Position numbers and translations under genes: made by a program | Assembly: GCA_036390995.1 (NCBI GenBank) | Contig: DASWAT010000111.1 | Coordinates: forward strand, 378-64,377 | Reading direction: 5' to 3' | Source of the DNA: Actinomycetota bacterium | Lineage (GTDB): Bacteria > Actinomycetota > UBA4738 > HRBIN12 | DNA: 64,000 nt | Notes under the pieces: model-generated | Told to the model about the DNA's origin: nothing | The model's input: only the letters and a program-made list of their open reading frames with translations | The model's database searches: none | In this document: positions 56,963 through 64,000 of the stretch, piece after piece | Position numbering within the stretch: position 1 is the stretch's first letter | Layout: every line of letters starts with the position of its first letter

Positions 56963-57005
56963 CGGCCGAACCTACCCCCGGTCGCCGACACGGGCGCGCG
57001 CGGAC

Positions 57006-57350
57006 TCAGACCGGGAGCGGCGGATCCTCGGGCAGCGTCCCGTCGGACAGGGCCGTTCCGGGCAGCGGCTCGTCGCGGCGAAGCTCCTCCACGTTCACGT
57101 CGCGGCGGGTAAGCACCCGCACCTTGGTGACGAAGCGGCCCGTCCGGAACATGTCCCAGACCCAGGCGTCCTGGAGCTCGACCTCCACCCATCCGTCGTC
57201 GCGGGGCCGGACGTCCACCCGGTTCGCGAGGTAGAAGCGGCGCTCGGTCTCCACGACGTACGCGAACATCGGGACCACGTCCCGGTACTCGTGATAGAGC
57301 TCGAGCTCGCGCTCCTCCTCGAACCGCTCGATGTCGTCGTCGTGGTTCAT
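57006..57350 (-). CDS. DUF2469 family protein
   Basis: 114 aa starting MNHDDDIERFEEERELELYHEYRDVVPMFAYVVETERRFYLANRV. GGAGG lies 5 nt upstream. It is immediately downstream of rnhB, as in mycobacteria. Confidence 0.7.
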   Translation of the reverse strand: MNHDDDIERFEEERELELYHEYRDVVPMFAYVVETERRFYLANRVDVRPRDDGWVEVELQDAWVWDMFRTGRFVTKVRVLTRRDVNVEELRRDEPLPGTALSDGTLPEDPPLPV

Positions 57351-58024
57351 CCAGCCTCCTCGGGCCCGGACTCGATCCACCCCTCGTCCGTCGCGTCCGG
57401 GATCACCACGACGCCCCCGCCGACGCCCTTGAACGACAGCCGGTGGATCGGGCACGGGCCCAGCTGCGCGATCGCCCTGCGATGTTCGGGCGTACCGTAC
57501 CCTCGATGCCGGTCGAAGCCGTAGTCCGGGAACCGGCGGTGGTATCGATCCATGATGCGATCTCGGGTCACCTTCGCCACGATCGAGGCCGCCGCCACCG
57601 AGGCCGTCACCGCGTCGCCCTTCTTCATGGCCAGGCTCGGGAGGGGCAAGCGGCGGATCGGGAAGCCGTCGGTCAGCACGTAGTCCGGCACCACCGCCAG
57701 CTCGAGCACCGCCCTGCGTAGGAGCCACAGGTTCGAACGGTGCAGCCCCCGGTGGTCGATCCGCGAGGGCGTCGCCCGCTTCACGCACACGGCCACGGCG
57801 CCCCGCAGGATCCGCTCGTACCCCACCTCGCGCTGCGATCGTGTGAGGACCTTCGAGTCGCCGAGCCCGACGAGATCGAAGTCCTCCGGCAGGATCACCG
57901 CCGCCGCCACGAGGGGGCCGGCGAGCGCGCCGCGACCCGCTTCGTCGGCCCCGGCGATCGCGCGGAACCCCTGCGCCCGCAGCCGGCGTTCGTACCGCCC
58001 GAGATCGATCCCTAGTGCAGCCAC
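57347..58024 (-). CDS. rnhB: ribonuclease HII
   Basis: AGADEAGRGALAGPLVAAAV contains the DEAGRG motif, and the RNase HII fold sequence follows. Confidence 0.9.
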   Translation of the reverse strand: MAALGIDLGRYERRLRAQGFRAIAGADEAGRGALAGPLVAAAVILPEDFDLVGLGDSKVLTRSQREVGYERILRGAVAVCVKRATPSRIDHRGLHRSNLWLLRRAVLELAVVPDYVLTDGFPIRRLPLPSLAMKKGDAVTASVAAASIVAKVTRDRIMDRYHRRFPDYGFDRHRGYGTPEHRRAIAQLGPCPIHRLSFKGVGGGVVVIPDATDEGWIESGPEEAG

Positions 58025-58878
58025 CCGATCCGCGAAGGCGGCCAGATCTTGACGAACGCCTTCCCTACCACCTTATCGAGTGGGACGAAGCCGAGCCCGA
58101 ACCTCGAGTCGTTGGAATCGGTCCGGTTGTCACCCAGCACGAACAGGTCCCCGGCTGGAACGCGCACCGGGCCGTACGGACGGGTGTCCGGCGGACCGTG
58201 CAGGTACGGCTGCCCCACGCGCTTCCCGTTCACGAACAGCTTGCCGTTCCGCAGCTCCACGGTGTCTCCGGGGAGGCCGATCACGCGCTTGATGAAGTCC
58301 TCGTCGGCCGGCCGGGCGAACCCAAGCCCCTCCGACAGCCAGTGCAGGATTCCCCCAACGATCCCGCGATCGGGCTGCGGCGCGGGGTGTGGATCCTGGA
58401 ACACGATGATGTCCCCCCGGTGCGGGTGGTAGAAGAGCTTCTCCACCAGCACCCGGTCGCCGGGCATCAGCGTGGGCTCCATCGATCCTGAGGGGATGTA
58501 GAAGGCCTGGATCGCGAAGGTCTTCAGGAGGATCGCGAGAGCGAATGCGAGGACCACGAGCACCGGGAGCTCGCGCAGGAACTCCCAGACGCCGCGATCG
58601 TCGGACTTCGCGGAGCCGGAGGCCCATGCGTCGGACGACGCGGGCCGATCCGAGACCTCAGGCTTGTTCGTCGCCCTCAGCCGCCCGGGCCGGTTCCGCC
58701 TCAGCCGGTTCCGCCTCGCCTGCCTCCTCGCCGGGCGCCTCGGGCTCGGGACCGGGTTCGGGCTCCGTCGCTGCCGCCCGCAGGGCGGCGAGCTCCCCGC
58801 CCTCGATCCGCCGCTCCTTGATGCGCGCCTTCTTCCCGCGGCGCTCACGAAGGTAGTAGAGCTTGGCCCGGCGGACAC
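58012..58878 (-). CDS. lepB: signal peptidase I (start uncertain)
   Basis: TM anchor ([15 protein letters not shown]), Ser box ([10 protein letters not shown]), Lys box and the GDNRxxSxDSR box ([14 protein letters not shown]). The first about 75 codons of the track ORF are Arg-rich with rare AGG/AGA codons and overlap the rplS 3' end, so they are probably not all coding. Confidence 0.75.
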   Translation of the reverse strand: MSAGPSSTTFVSAAGRRRASRSGGSRAGSSPPCGRQRRSPNPVPSPRRPARRQARRNRLRRNRPGRLRATNKPEVSDRPASSDAWASGSAKSDDRGVWEFLRELPVLVVLAFALAILLKTFAIQAFYIPSGSMEPTLMPGDRVLVEKLFYHPHRGDIIVFQDPHPAPQPDRGIVGGILHWLSEGLGFARPADEDFIKRVIGLPGDTVELRNGKLFVNGKRVGQPYLHGPPDTRPYGPVRVPAGDLFVLGDNRTDSNDSRFGLGFVPLDKVVGKAFVKIWPPSRIGWLH

Positions 58879-59146
58879 GGCCGTGGATCACGACCTCGAG
58901 CTTGGCGATCGAGGGCGAATGGACGGGGAAGGTCCGTTCTACGCCGACCCCGAACGAGATCTTCCGGACGGTGAAGGTCTCCTGGAGGCCGCCGCCCTGG
59001 CGGCGGATCACGACGCCCTGGAAGACCTGCACCCGCTCGCGGCCCGCCTCCACCACGCGGACGTGCACGCGCACGGTGTCGCCCGGGCGGAACGGTGGGA
59101 TGTCCGCGCGCAGGTACTGCTTGTCGACGAGATCTGTGGCCTTCAT
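58658..59146 (-). CDS. rplS: 50S ribosomal protein L19 with an acidic C-terminal extension
   Basis: [47 protein letters not shown] is the canonical L19 sequence. About 45 extra C-terminal residues follow ([35 protein letters not shown]). Confidence 0.85.
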   Translation of the reverse strand: MKATDLVDKQYLRADIPPFRPGDTVRVHVRVVEAGRERVQVFQGVVIRRQGGGLQETFTVRKISFGVGVERTFPVHSPSIAKLEVVIHGRVRRAKLYYLRERRGKKARIKERRIEGGELAALRAAATEPEPGPEPEAPGEEAGEAEPAEAEPARAAEGDEQA

Positions 59147-59187
59147 GGCGGGAAACGGATGATAGCAGGTGGTCCGAACCGCCCGGC

Positions 59188-59862
59188 TCAATCCTCCAGC
59201 AGGTCGGGCCTGTTGCGGCGGGTCTTCTCGCGGGCGGCCTCCCGGCGCCACCGCTCGATCTCGGCATGGTTGCCGGACAGCAGCACGTCCGGAACCCCCA
59301 TCCCCCGGAACCGCGCCGGGCGCGTGTAGTGCGGGTGGTCGAGCAGCCCGTCCTTTCCGAACGAATCGCGCTCGTGCGACTCCTCCCTGCCGATCACGCC
59401 GGGCACCAGCCGCGTGACGGCCTCGAGCAGGACCATCGCCGGAACCTCTCCCCCGGAGAGCACGTAATCTCCGATCGAGACCTCCTCGGCCGGCAGACCC
59501 CGGGCGACGCGCTCGTCCACGCCCTCGTAGCGTCCGCAGAGCAGCACGAGCCACGGCTCTTTCGCGAGCTCGCGTACGAGCGGCTGGTCGAGCCGGCGCC
59601 CGGCCGGGGAGAGCAGGAGCACTCGCTTCGGCCGCTCGCCCAGGGATTCGACGGCCGCGAAGACGGGCTCGGGCTTCATGACCATCCCGGGCCCGCCCCC
59701 GTAGGCCTCGTCGTCGACCTGGTGGTGCTTGTCGGTCGTGAAGTCGCGGAGATCATGGACCCACACGTCGATCACGCCGCCCTCGACGGCCTTGCCGAGC
59801 AGGCTCTCGCGCAGCGGGCCCTCGAAGATCCCAGGGAAGATCGTGAAGACGTCGATCCGCAC
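59188..59862 (-). CDS. trmD: tRNA (guanine37-N1)-methyltransferase
   Basis: Starts [17 protein letters not shown], with the SPOUT knot region [13 protein letters not shown]. Confidence 0.9.
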   Translation of the reverse strand: MRIDVFTIFPGIFEGPLRESLLGKAVEGGVIDVWVHDLRDFTTDKHHQVDDEAYGGGPGMVMKPEPVFAAVESLGERPKRVLLLSPAGRRLDQPLVRELAKEPWLVLLCGRYEGVDERVARGLPAEEVSIGDYVLSGGEVPAMVLLEAVTRLVPGVIGREESHERDSFGKDGLLDHPHYTRPARFRGMGVPDVLLSGNHAEIERWRREAAREKTRRNRPDLLED

Positions 59863-59987
59863 GACCGCAGGCTAGCGCGTTGCCGATCGGCCGGAGTGAT
59901 GACCCACGAGCGGGCGGGGGGAAGGTCGTCGGGCCACTCGAGGGCGCCCCACCTGACCCCGCGCGGCCGCCGATACACTCTCACGTC

Positions 59988-60476
59988 ATGAGCTCCGCAC
60001 TCGAACCGATCGGGGTCATCCGAACAGCTGCCTCCGACGAGGAGGTGAAAGCCTCGGCGGAGGATCTGGAATCCTCGATCGAGGTGTTCGAGCCGTTCGA
60101 GCCGGCCCTTGCCGGGATCGACGGGTTCTCGCATCTATTCGTCCTGACGCTCCTCGATCGGATCGGCGAGCAGGGCCGCACCACGTTCCAGGTCAAGCCG
60201 CGCGGCCTGCTCCGCCTCGGCCTTGCCCTGGACGAGCTCCCCACGATCGGTGTGTTCGCTTGCGACTCGCCGGTCCGGCCCAACCCCATCGGCCTGAGCG
60301 TCGTGCGGCTGGCGGGGCGGGACGGGCGCGTGCTCACCGTCCGAGGTCTCGACGCGTTCGACGGCACGCCGGTCCTCGACATCAAGCCCTACGGTCCCGA
60401 CCGCATCGTCGCGGATCCGGCGGTTCCGGCGTGGCACCGCGACCTGTCCGAGAAGGCGGGAACCAGGCGCATCTGA
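59988..60476 (+). CDS. trmO: TsaA/YaeB-family tRNA (adenine37-N6)-methyltransferase
   Basis: IGVIRT, FSHLFVL, RPNPIG and DGTPVLDIKPY all match the TsaA/TrmO signature. I chose the internal ATG at 59988. Confidence 0.75.
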   Translation: MSSALEPIGVIRTAASDEEVKASAEDLESSIEVFEPFEPALAGIDGFSHLFVLTLLDRIGEQGRTTFQVKPRGLLRLGLALDELPTIGVFACDSPVRPNPIGLSVVRLAGRDGRVLTVRGLDAFDGTPVLDIKPYGPDRIVADPAVPAWHRDLSEKAGTRRI

Positions 60477-60490
60477 GGTTCTCGGCCCCC

Positions 60491-61003
60491 CTATGCCTCC
60501 GGCACCGTGAGGCCCGGGACGGGGCGGACCACGACCCGCTTCGAGCTGACGTCGACCGAGACGATCACGTCGCGCAGCGCCGGGATCAGCGTCTCGCGGC
60601 CGCCCTCGTCGACGGCGCTCCAGACGTCGTTCGCCGCGGTATGGATCACCTCGCGGAGCTCGCCGAGGGGCCGTCCGTCGTCGGTGAGCACCGCGCAGCC
60701 CACCAGCTGGTGGTCCCACCACGACCCCTCGGGCAGCGGTGGCGACATCGATTCCGGCACGAACAACATGTGGCGTGCCATCCGCTCCGCCGCGGTGCGG
60801 TCGGGCACCTCCTCGAACGTCACGAGCAATCCCGCGCGGTGACGTCGGGATGTCGCCACCGTGAGCCTGCGGCCGTCCTCGAGGAACACGACGGCCCCCG
60901 GCGCGAACCGGTCCTGGACTTCAGAGAGGACGAGCAACGACACCTCCCCCTTGATCCCGTGGGCGCCGGTGATGCGGCCGACCGCGACGGCCGGCTGGTC
61001 CAT
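60491..61003 (-). CDS. rimM: ribosome maturation factor RimM
   Basis: VAVGRITGAHGIKGEV is the RimM N-terminal beta-barrel, followed by a PRC-barrel C-terminus. Confidence 0.85.
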   Translation of the reverse strand: MDQPAVAVGRITGAHGIKGEVSLLVLSEVQDRFAPGAVVFLEDGRRLTVATSRRHRAGLLVTFEEVPDRTAAERMARHMLFVPESMSPPLPEGSWWDHQLVGCAVLTDDGRPLGELREVIHTAANDVWSAVDEGGRETLIPALRDVIVSVDVSSKRVVVRPVPGLTVPEA

Positions 61004-61004
61004 C

Positions 61005-61235
61005 TCAGTCGACGATCTCGACGGCGGCGTGGATGCGGTCCCGCACCGCCGCGGCCTTCACCACGGCGCGGATGGCTCGCGCGGTGCGCCCGCCCTTCCC
61101 GATGACCTTGCCCATGTCCTCGGGGTCGACCGACAGCTGCAGGAACACCCCACGGTCGTCGGTGGTCTCGGTGACCCGGACGGCGTCGGGGTTCTCCACG
61201 AGCTCCTTCGCGATGAACTCGAGGAGCTCCCTCAC
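61005..61235 (-). CDS. KH-domain RNA-binding protein (YlqC-like)
   Basis: 76 aa containing [16 protein letters not shown] (KH GxxG motif). It lies between rpsP and rimM. Confidence 0.8.
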   Translation of the reverse strand: MRELLEFIAKELVENPDAVRVTETTDDRGVFLQLSVDPEDMGKVIGKGGRTARAIRAVVKAAAVRDRIHAAVEIVD

Positions 61236-61516
61236 GAGGCCGCCTTCGACCCCTTCCGCTCGGCCTCGAACTTCTCCCAGATCCCCGCCTTCACCAGCAG
61301 GTTCTGGACGGACTGGCTGGGCTGGGCCCCGACCTGGAGCCAGTGCATCGCACGCTCCTCGTCGATGTCGATCAACGAGGGCTCGTCGAGCGGGTGGTAC
61401 TTCCCGATGTTCTCGATGAACCGGCCGTCACGCGGACTGCGCTGGTCGGCCACCACCACTCGGTAGAACGGACGCTTCTTGGCGCCCATCCTCCGCAACC
61501 TGATCCGTGTCGCCAT
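61232..61516 (-). CDS. rpsP: 30S ribosomal protein S16
   Basis: Starts [24 protein letters not shown]. Confidence 0.9.
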   Translation of the reverse strand: MATRIRLRRMGAKKRPFYRVVVADQRSPRDGRFIENIGKYHPLDEPSLIDIDEERAMHWLQVGAQPSQSVQNLLVKAGIWEKFEAERKGSKAAS

Positions 61517-61526
61517 CCTTCGCTCC

Positions 61527-62873
61527 TTACGGCATCCCGGGCATCTTCGGCATGCCCGGGATCCGCGGCATGCGCTTTCCGCCCATCATCGACTTCATCA
61601 TCTTCTTCGTCGCGTCGAACTCCTTCAGGAGCGAGTTCACGTCGGCCGTCGTGCTCCCCGACCCGCGGGCGATCCGCAGGCGCCGGGACCCACCGATGAT
61701 AGCGGGGTTCCGGCGCTCCTCCCCGGTCATCGAGCAGATGATCGCCTCGGCCCGGGCCAGCTGGCCCTCGTCCACCTGACCGGCCAGATCTTTCAGGGCG
61801 TTCTTGCCGCCGGGCACGCCGGGCAGCATCGCCAGCAGGTCCTGGAGCGGCCCGAGCTTGCGCATCTCGCGCATCTGGACCAGGAAGTCCTCCAGGGTGA
61901 ACCGGGCCTCCATCATCTTCTTCGCCGCCTCGGCCGCCTGCTCGGCGTCGAGGTTCTCCTGGGCCTTGTCGATGAGCGAGAGGACGTCGCCCATCCCCAT
62001 GATCCGTGAGGCCATCCGGTCCGGGAAGAAGGGCTCCATGTCGGCGGGCCGCTCCCCCGTCCCCACGAAGAACACCGGCCGGCCGGTGACGGCGGTGATC
62101 GACAGGGCGGCCCCGCCCCGAGCGTCGCCGTCGAGCTTGGTGAGGACGAATCCGGTGGTGTCGACCTCGCGCATGAATGCCCGCGCCTGCACCACGGCGT
62201 CCTGCCCGGTCATGGCGTCACACGCCATCAGGACGTGGTGGGGTCTGATGGTGTCCCGAACCCGGCGGGCCTCCTTCATCATCTCGTCGTCCACGTGCAG
62301 ACGGCCGGCCGTGTCGACGATCACCACGTCCAGGCCCTCGCGTCCTGCCTGCTTCGTCGCGCTCTTCGCCACCTTGACGGGATCCTTGCCGTCCGAGACG
62401 ACGGGGACGCCGATCTCGCCGCCCAGCGTGAACAGCTGCTCGACGGCGGCTGGTCGCTGCAGGTCGGCGGCGACCAGCAGCGGGTGCTTGCCCTTCTCCT
62501 TCAGCATCCGGGCGAGCTTCGCGCAGGCGGTGGTCTTCCCCGATCCCTGTACACCGGCCATCATCACGACCGCGGGCTTCGCCGAGGGAAGCGTGAACGG
62601 CACCTGGGTGCCCCCCATCGTGGTCTGCAGCTCGTCCCGCACGACCTTGACCACCTGCTGGGCGGGGGTGAGGCTCTTCATCACCTCTTCGGACAGCGCC
62701 CGGGCGCGCACGCGGTCGAGGAGGTCGTCCGCGACCTCGACGGCGACGTCCGCCTCGAGCAGCGCCGAACGCATGTCCCGAAGGGCGTTGTCCACCTGCT
62801 TGGGGTGGAGCTTGCCCCGGGCCCGGAGCTTCTTGAAGACGCCGTTCAGGCGATCGGTCAGCGTGTCGAACAT
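61527..62873 (-). CDS. ffh: signal recognition particle protein Ffh
   Basis: N domain, SRP54 G domain ([14 protein letters not shown]) and M domain. No long Met-rich tail is evident. Confidence 0.95.
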   Translation of the reverse strand: MFDTLTDRLNGVFKKLRARGKLHPKQVDNALRDMRSALLEADVAVEVADDLLDRVRARALSEEVMKSLTPAQQVVKVVRDELQTTMGGTQVPFTLPSAKPAVVMMAGVQGSGKTTACAKLARMLKEKGKHPLLVAADLQRPAAVEQLFTLGGEIGVPVVSDGKDPVKVAKSATKQAGREGLDVVIVDTAGRLHVDDEMMKEARRVRDTIRPHHVLMACDAMTGQDAVVQARAFMREVDTTGFVLTKLDGDARGGAALSITAVTGRPVFFVGTGERPADMEPFFPDRMASRIMGMGDVLSLIDKAQENLDAEQAAEAAKKMMEARFTLEDFLVQMREMRKLGPLQDLLAMLPGVPGGKNALKDLAGQVDEGQLARAEAIICSMTGEERRNPAIIGGSRRLRIARGSGSTTADVNSLLKEFDATKKMMKSMMGGKRMPRIPGMPKMPGMP

Positions 62874-62950
62874 ATCTGTGGAGGCGCGGGGTGCGCGTGT
62901 CCCGGCCTGCGCCGAGACGAGACCCGATCGTACCAGTGGGGAGGTTGGGG

Positions 62951-64000
62951 ATGAGCGGCAGGGAACGCGCCGGCGGGGAGCTCGCGCGGGGCAAGCGGCT
63001 CGAGGTCGGTCTGATCGGCCTGCGCTGGTTCGTGGTGGGCTTCGGGGTCCTGCTCACGGCGGCCAGCATGAGGACCGACCCCGGCCAGCCCGACTACGTC
63101 CTTCCGCTCGGCTTCCTGTTGGTGGCCGGACTGGCCCTCGGCAACGTGCTGGTCTCGGCACTCGCCGAGCGGGCCCGGCGCGTGGAGCGGCTCCGGGTGA
63201 TCGGGCTCGCGGCGTTCGCCCTCGATCTCGTGGTGATCACCGGCCTCGTGTGGACGTACGCGACCCCCGGCAACTCGCTCTGGGTACTCACGTACGTGCT
63301 CCCGTTGGAGGGCGCCGTTCGGTACCGGCTCGTCGGCGCCCTGGTGCCGGTGGCCCTGAACCTCGTGGCGGAGCCGCTCCGGGAGCTCTACGTCACCGTC
63401 CGCTTCCCGTTCCACCAGTACCTCACCTCGGCCGTCGCGTTCCGGATCGGCGTGGAGCTCGCGGTCGCCATGGTTGCGGGGCTCATGGCCCGCTCGCTCC
63501 GTCGTGAGGCCGACCGGGCCCGGGAGCGAGCCGTGGTGGCCGAGGAGGCCGCCGCGCGCGAGGCGGCCGCTCGCCGGGAGCTGTCCGCGTTCCACACAGC
63601 CGTGCTGGCCGGCGTGGCGGCCGACGAGGTGCGGGCCGGGATCCGGTCCATGGCGGCGTCGATCGCCCGCGACCTCGAGCTCCTGTCCCTGGGGATCCTC
63701 CTGCTCGAGGATGACGAGCTCGTCGCCACCGGCGTGCATGGGGTTCCGGGATACCCGGCAGGCGCTCATCTTGCGGTCGGGGAGGGCATCGTCGGCCGGG
63801 TCGCGCTCGACCGCAGGGCGCACGTGCAGGGGGACGGCTCACCCGCCGAGGCTGCGGAGGCTGCCGTTCCGCTCTGCGTCGGGACCGATCTCCTCGGCGT
63901 GCTGCACGTCCGAAAGGACAGCGGCCCCATCGGCGGTGACGACCTCGTGACGCTGGGGGCGCTGGCCGACCAGATCGCGATCGTGATCCAGGCGGCGCTG
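62951..64000 (+). CDS. membrane-anchored GAF-domain sensor protein (N-terminal part; continues past the window end)
   Basis: ATG at 62951 with GGAGG 8 nt upstream. About 5 TM helices, then a coiled/charged linker and a GAF-like region (GIVGRVALDRRAHVQGD...LGVLHVRKD). It is not in the ORF track because no stop occurs before the window end. Confidence 0.55.
   Translation, partial: MSGRERAGGELARGKRLEVGLIGLRWFVVGFGVLLTAASMRTDPGQPDYVLPLGFLLVAGLALGNVLVSALAERARRVERLRVIGLAAFALDLVVITGLVWTYATPGNSLWVLTYVLPLEGAVRYRLVGALVPVALNLVAEPLRELYVTVRFPFHQYLTSAVAFRIGVELAVAMVAGLMARSLRREADRARERAVVAEEAAAREAAARRELSAFHTAVLAGVAADEVRAGIRSMAASIARDLELLSLGILLLEDDELVATGVHGVPGYPAGAHLAVGEGIVGRVALDRRAHVQGDGSPAEAAEAAVPLCVGTDLLGVLHVRKDSGPIGGDDLVTLGALADQIAIVIQAAL

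Noticed and set aside
1-64000. Search for tRNA/rRNA genes, CRISPR arrays, transposases, toxin-antitoxin pairs or phage defence genes
   Set aside because: None were seen. Every gap larger than about 150 nt is accounted for by leaders (pnp, trpE, rpsB, dapA/pduO). No low-GC islands, no IS-like terminal inverted repeats and no nuclease/helicase/methyltransferase clusters were seen.

Overview
This is a high-GC (roughly 70%+) and very gene-dense stretch of chromosome backbone, most likely actinobacterial. Almost all genes lie on the minus strand. I infer the taxon from gene order, which matches from memory the Mycobacterium tuberculosis region ftsK / rnj / dapA ... dapB / pepR / pnp / rpsO / ribF ... 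truB / nrnA / rbfA / infB / nusA / rimP / proS ... ispG / rseP / dxr / cdsA / frr / pyrH / tsf / rpsB ... xerC ... dprA / yifB / yraN / rnhB / lepB / rplS / trmD / rimM / rpsP / ffh. I found no CRISPR arrays, tRNAs, rRNAs, transposases or prophage genes. The long Arg-rich ORFs on opposite strands in the six-frame track are GC-composition artifacts; the real genes are the motif-bearing frames, and starts were re-derived by codon counting from the track coordinates. Many adjacent genes overlap by 1-4 nt (ATGA / GTGA / TAGTG), so translational coupling is pervasive. The most unusual content is a membrane/envelope module at 16.0-21.1 kb: an orphan OpuAC-type binding protein, a PAP2 / protein-kinase-like fusion, a lipoprotein, a second PAP2 phosphatase and a convergent lysyl-PG-synthase-TM-like protein. 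Other notable items are a second orphan binding protein divergent from a PASTA pseudokinase at 51.1-53.8 kb, a classical Trp-codon leader peptide with attenuator ahead of trpE, a frameshifted CapA-family gene, a FliA/WhiG-type sigma factor with an N-terminal basic (TAK)n repeat encoded by a 9-bp tandem repeat, and several housekeeping proteins carrying long acidic or RD-rich low-complexity extensions (CdsA, RplS, RpsB, NusA, PNPase).
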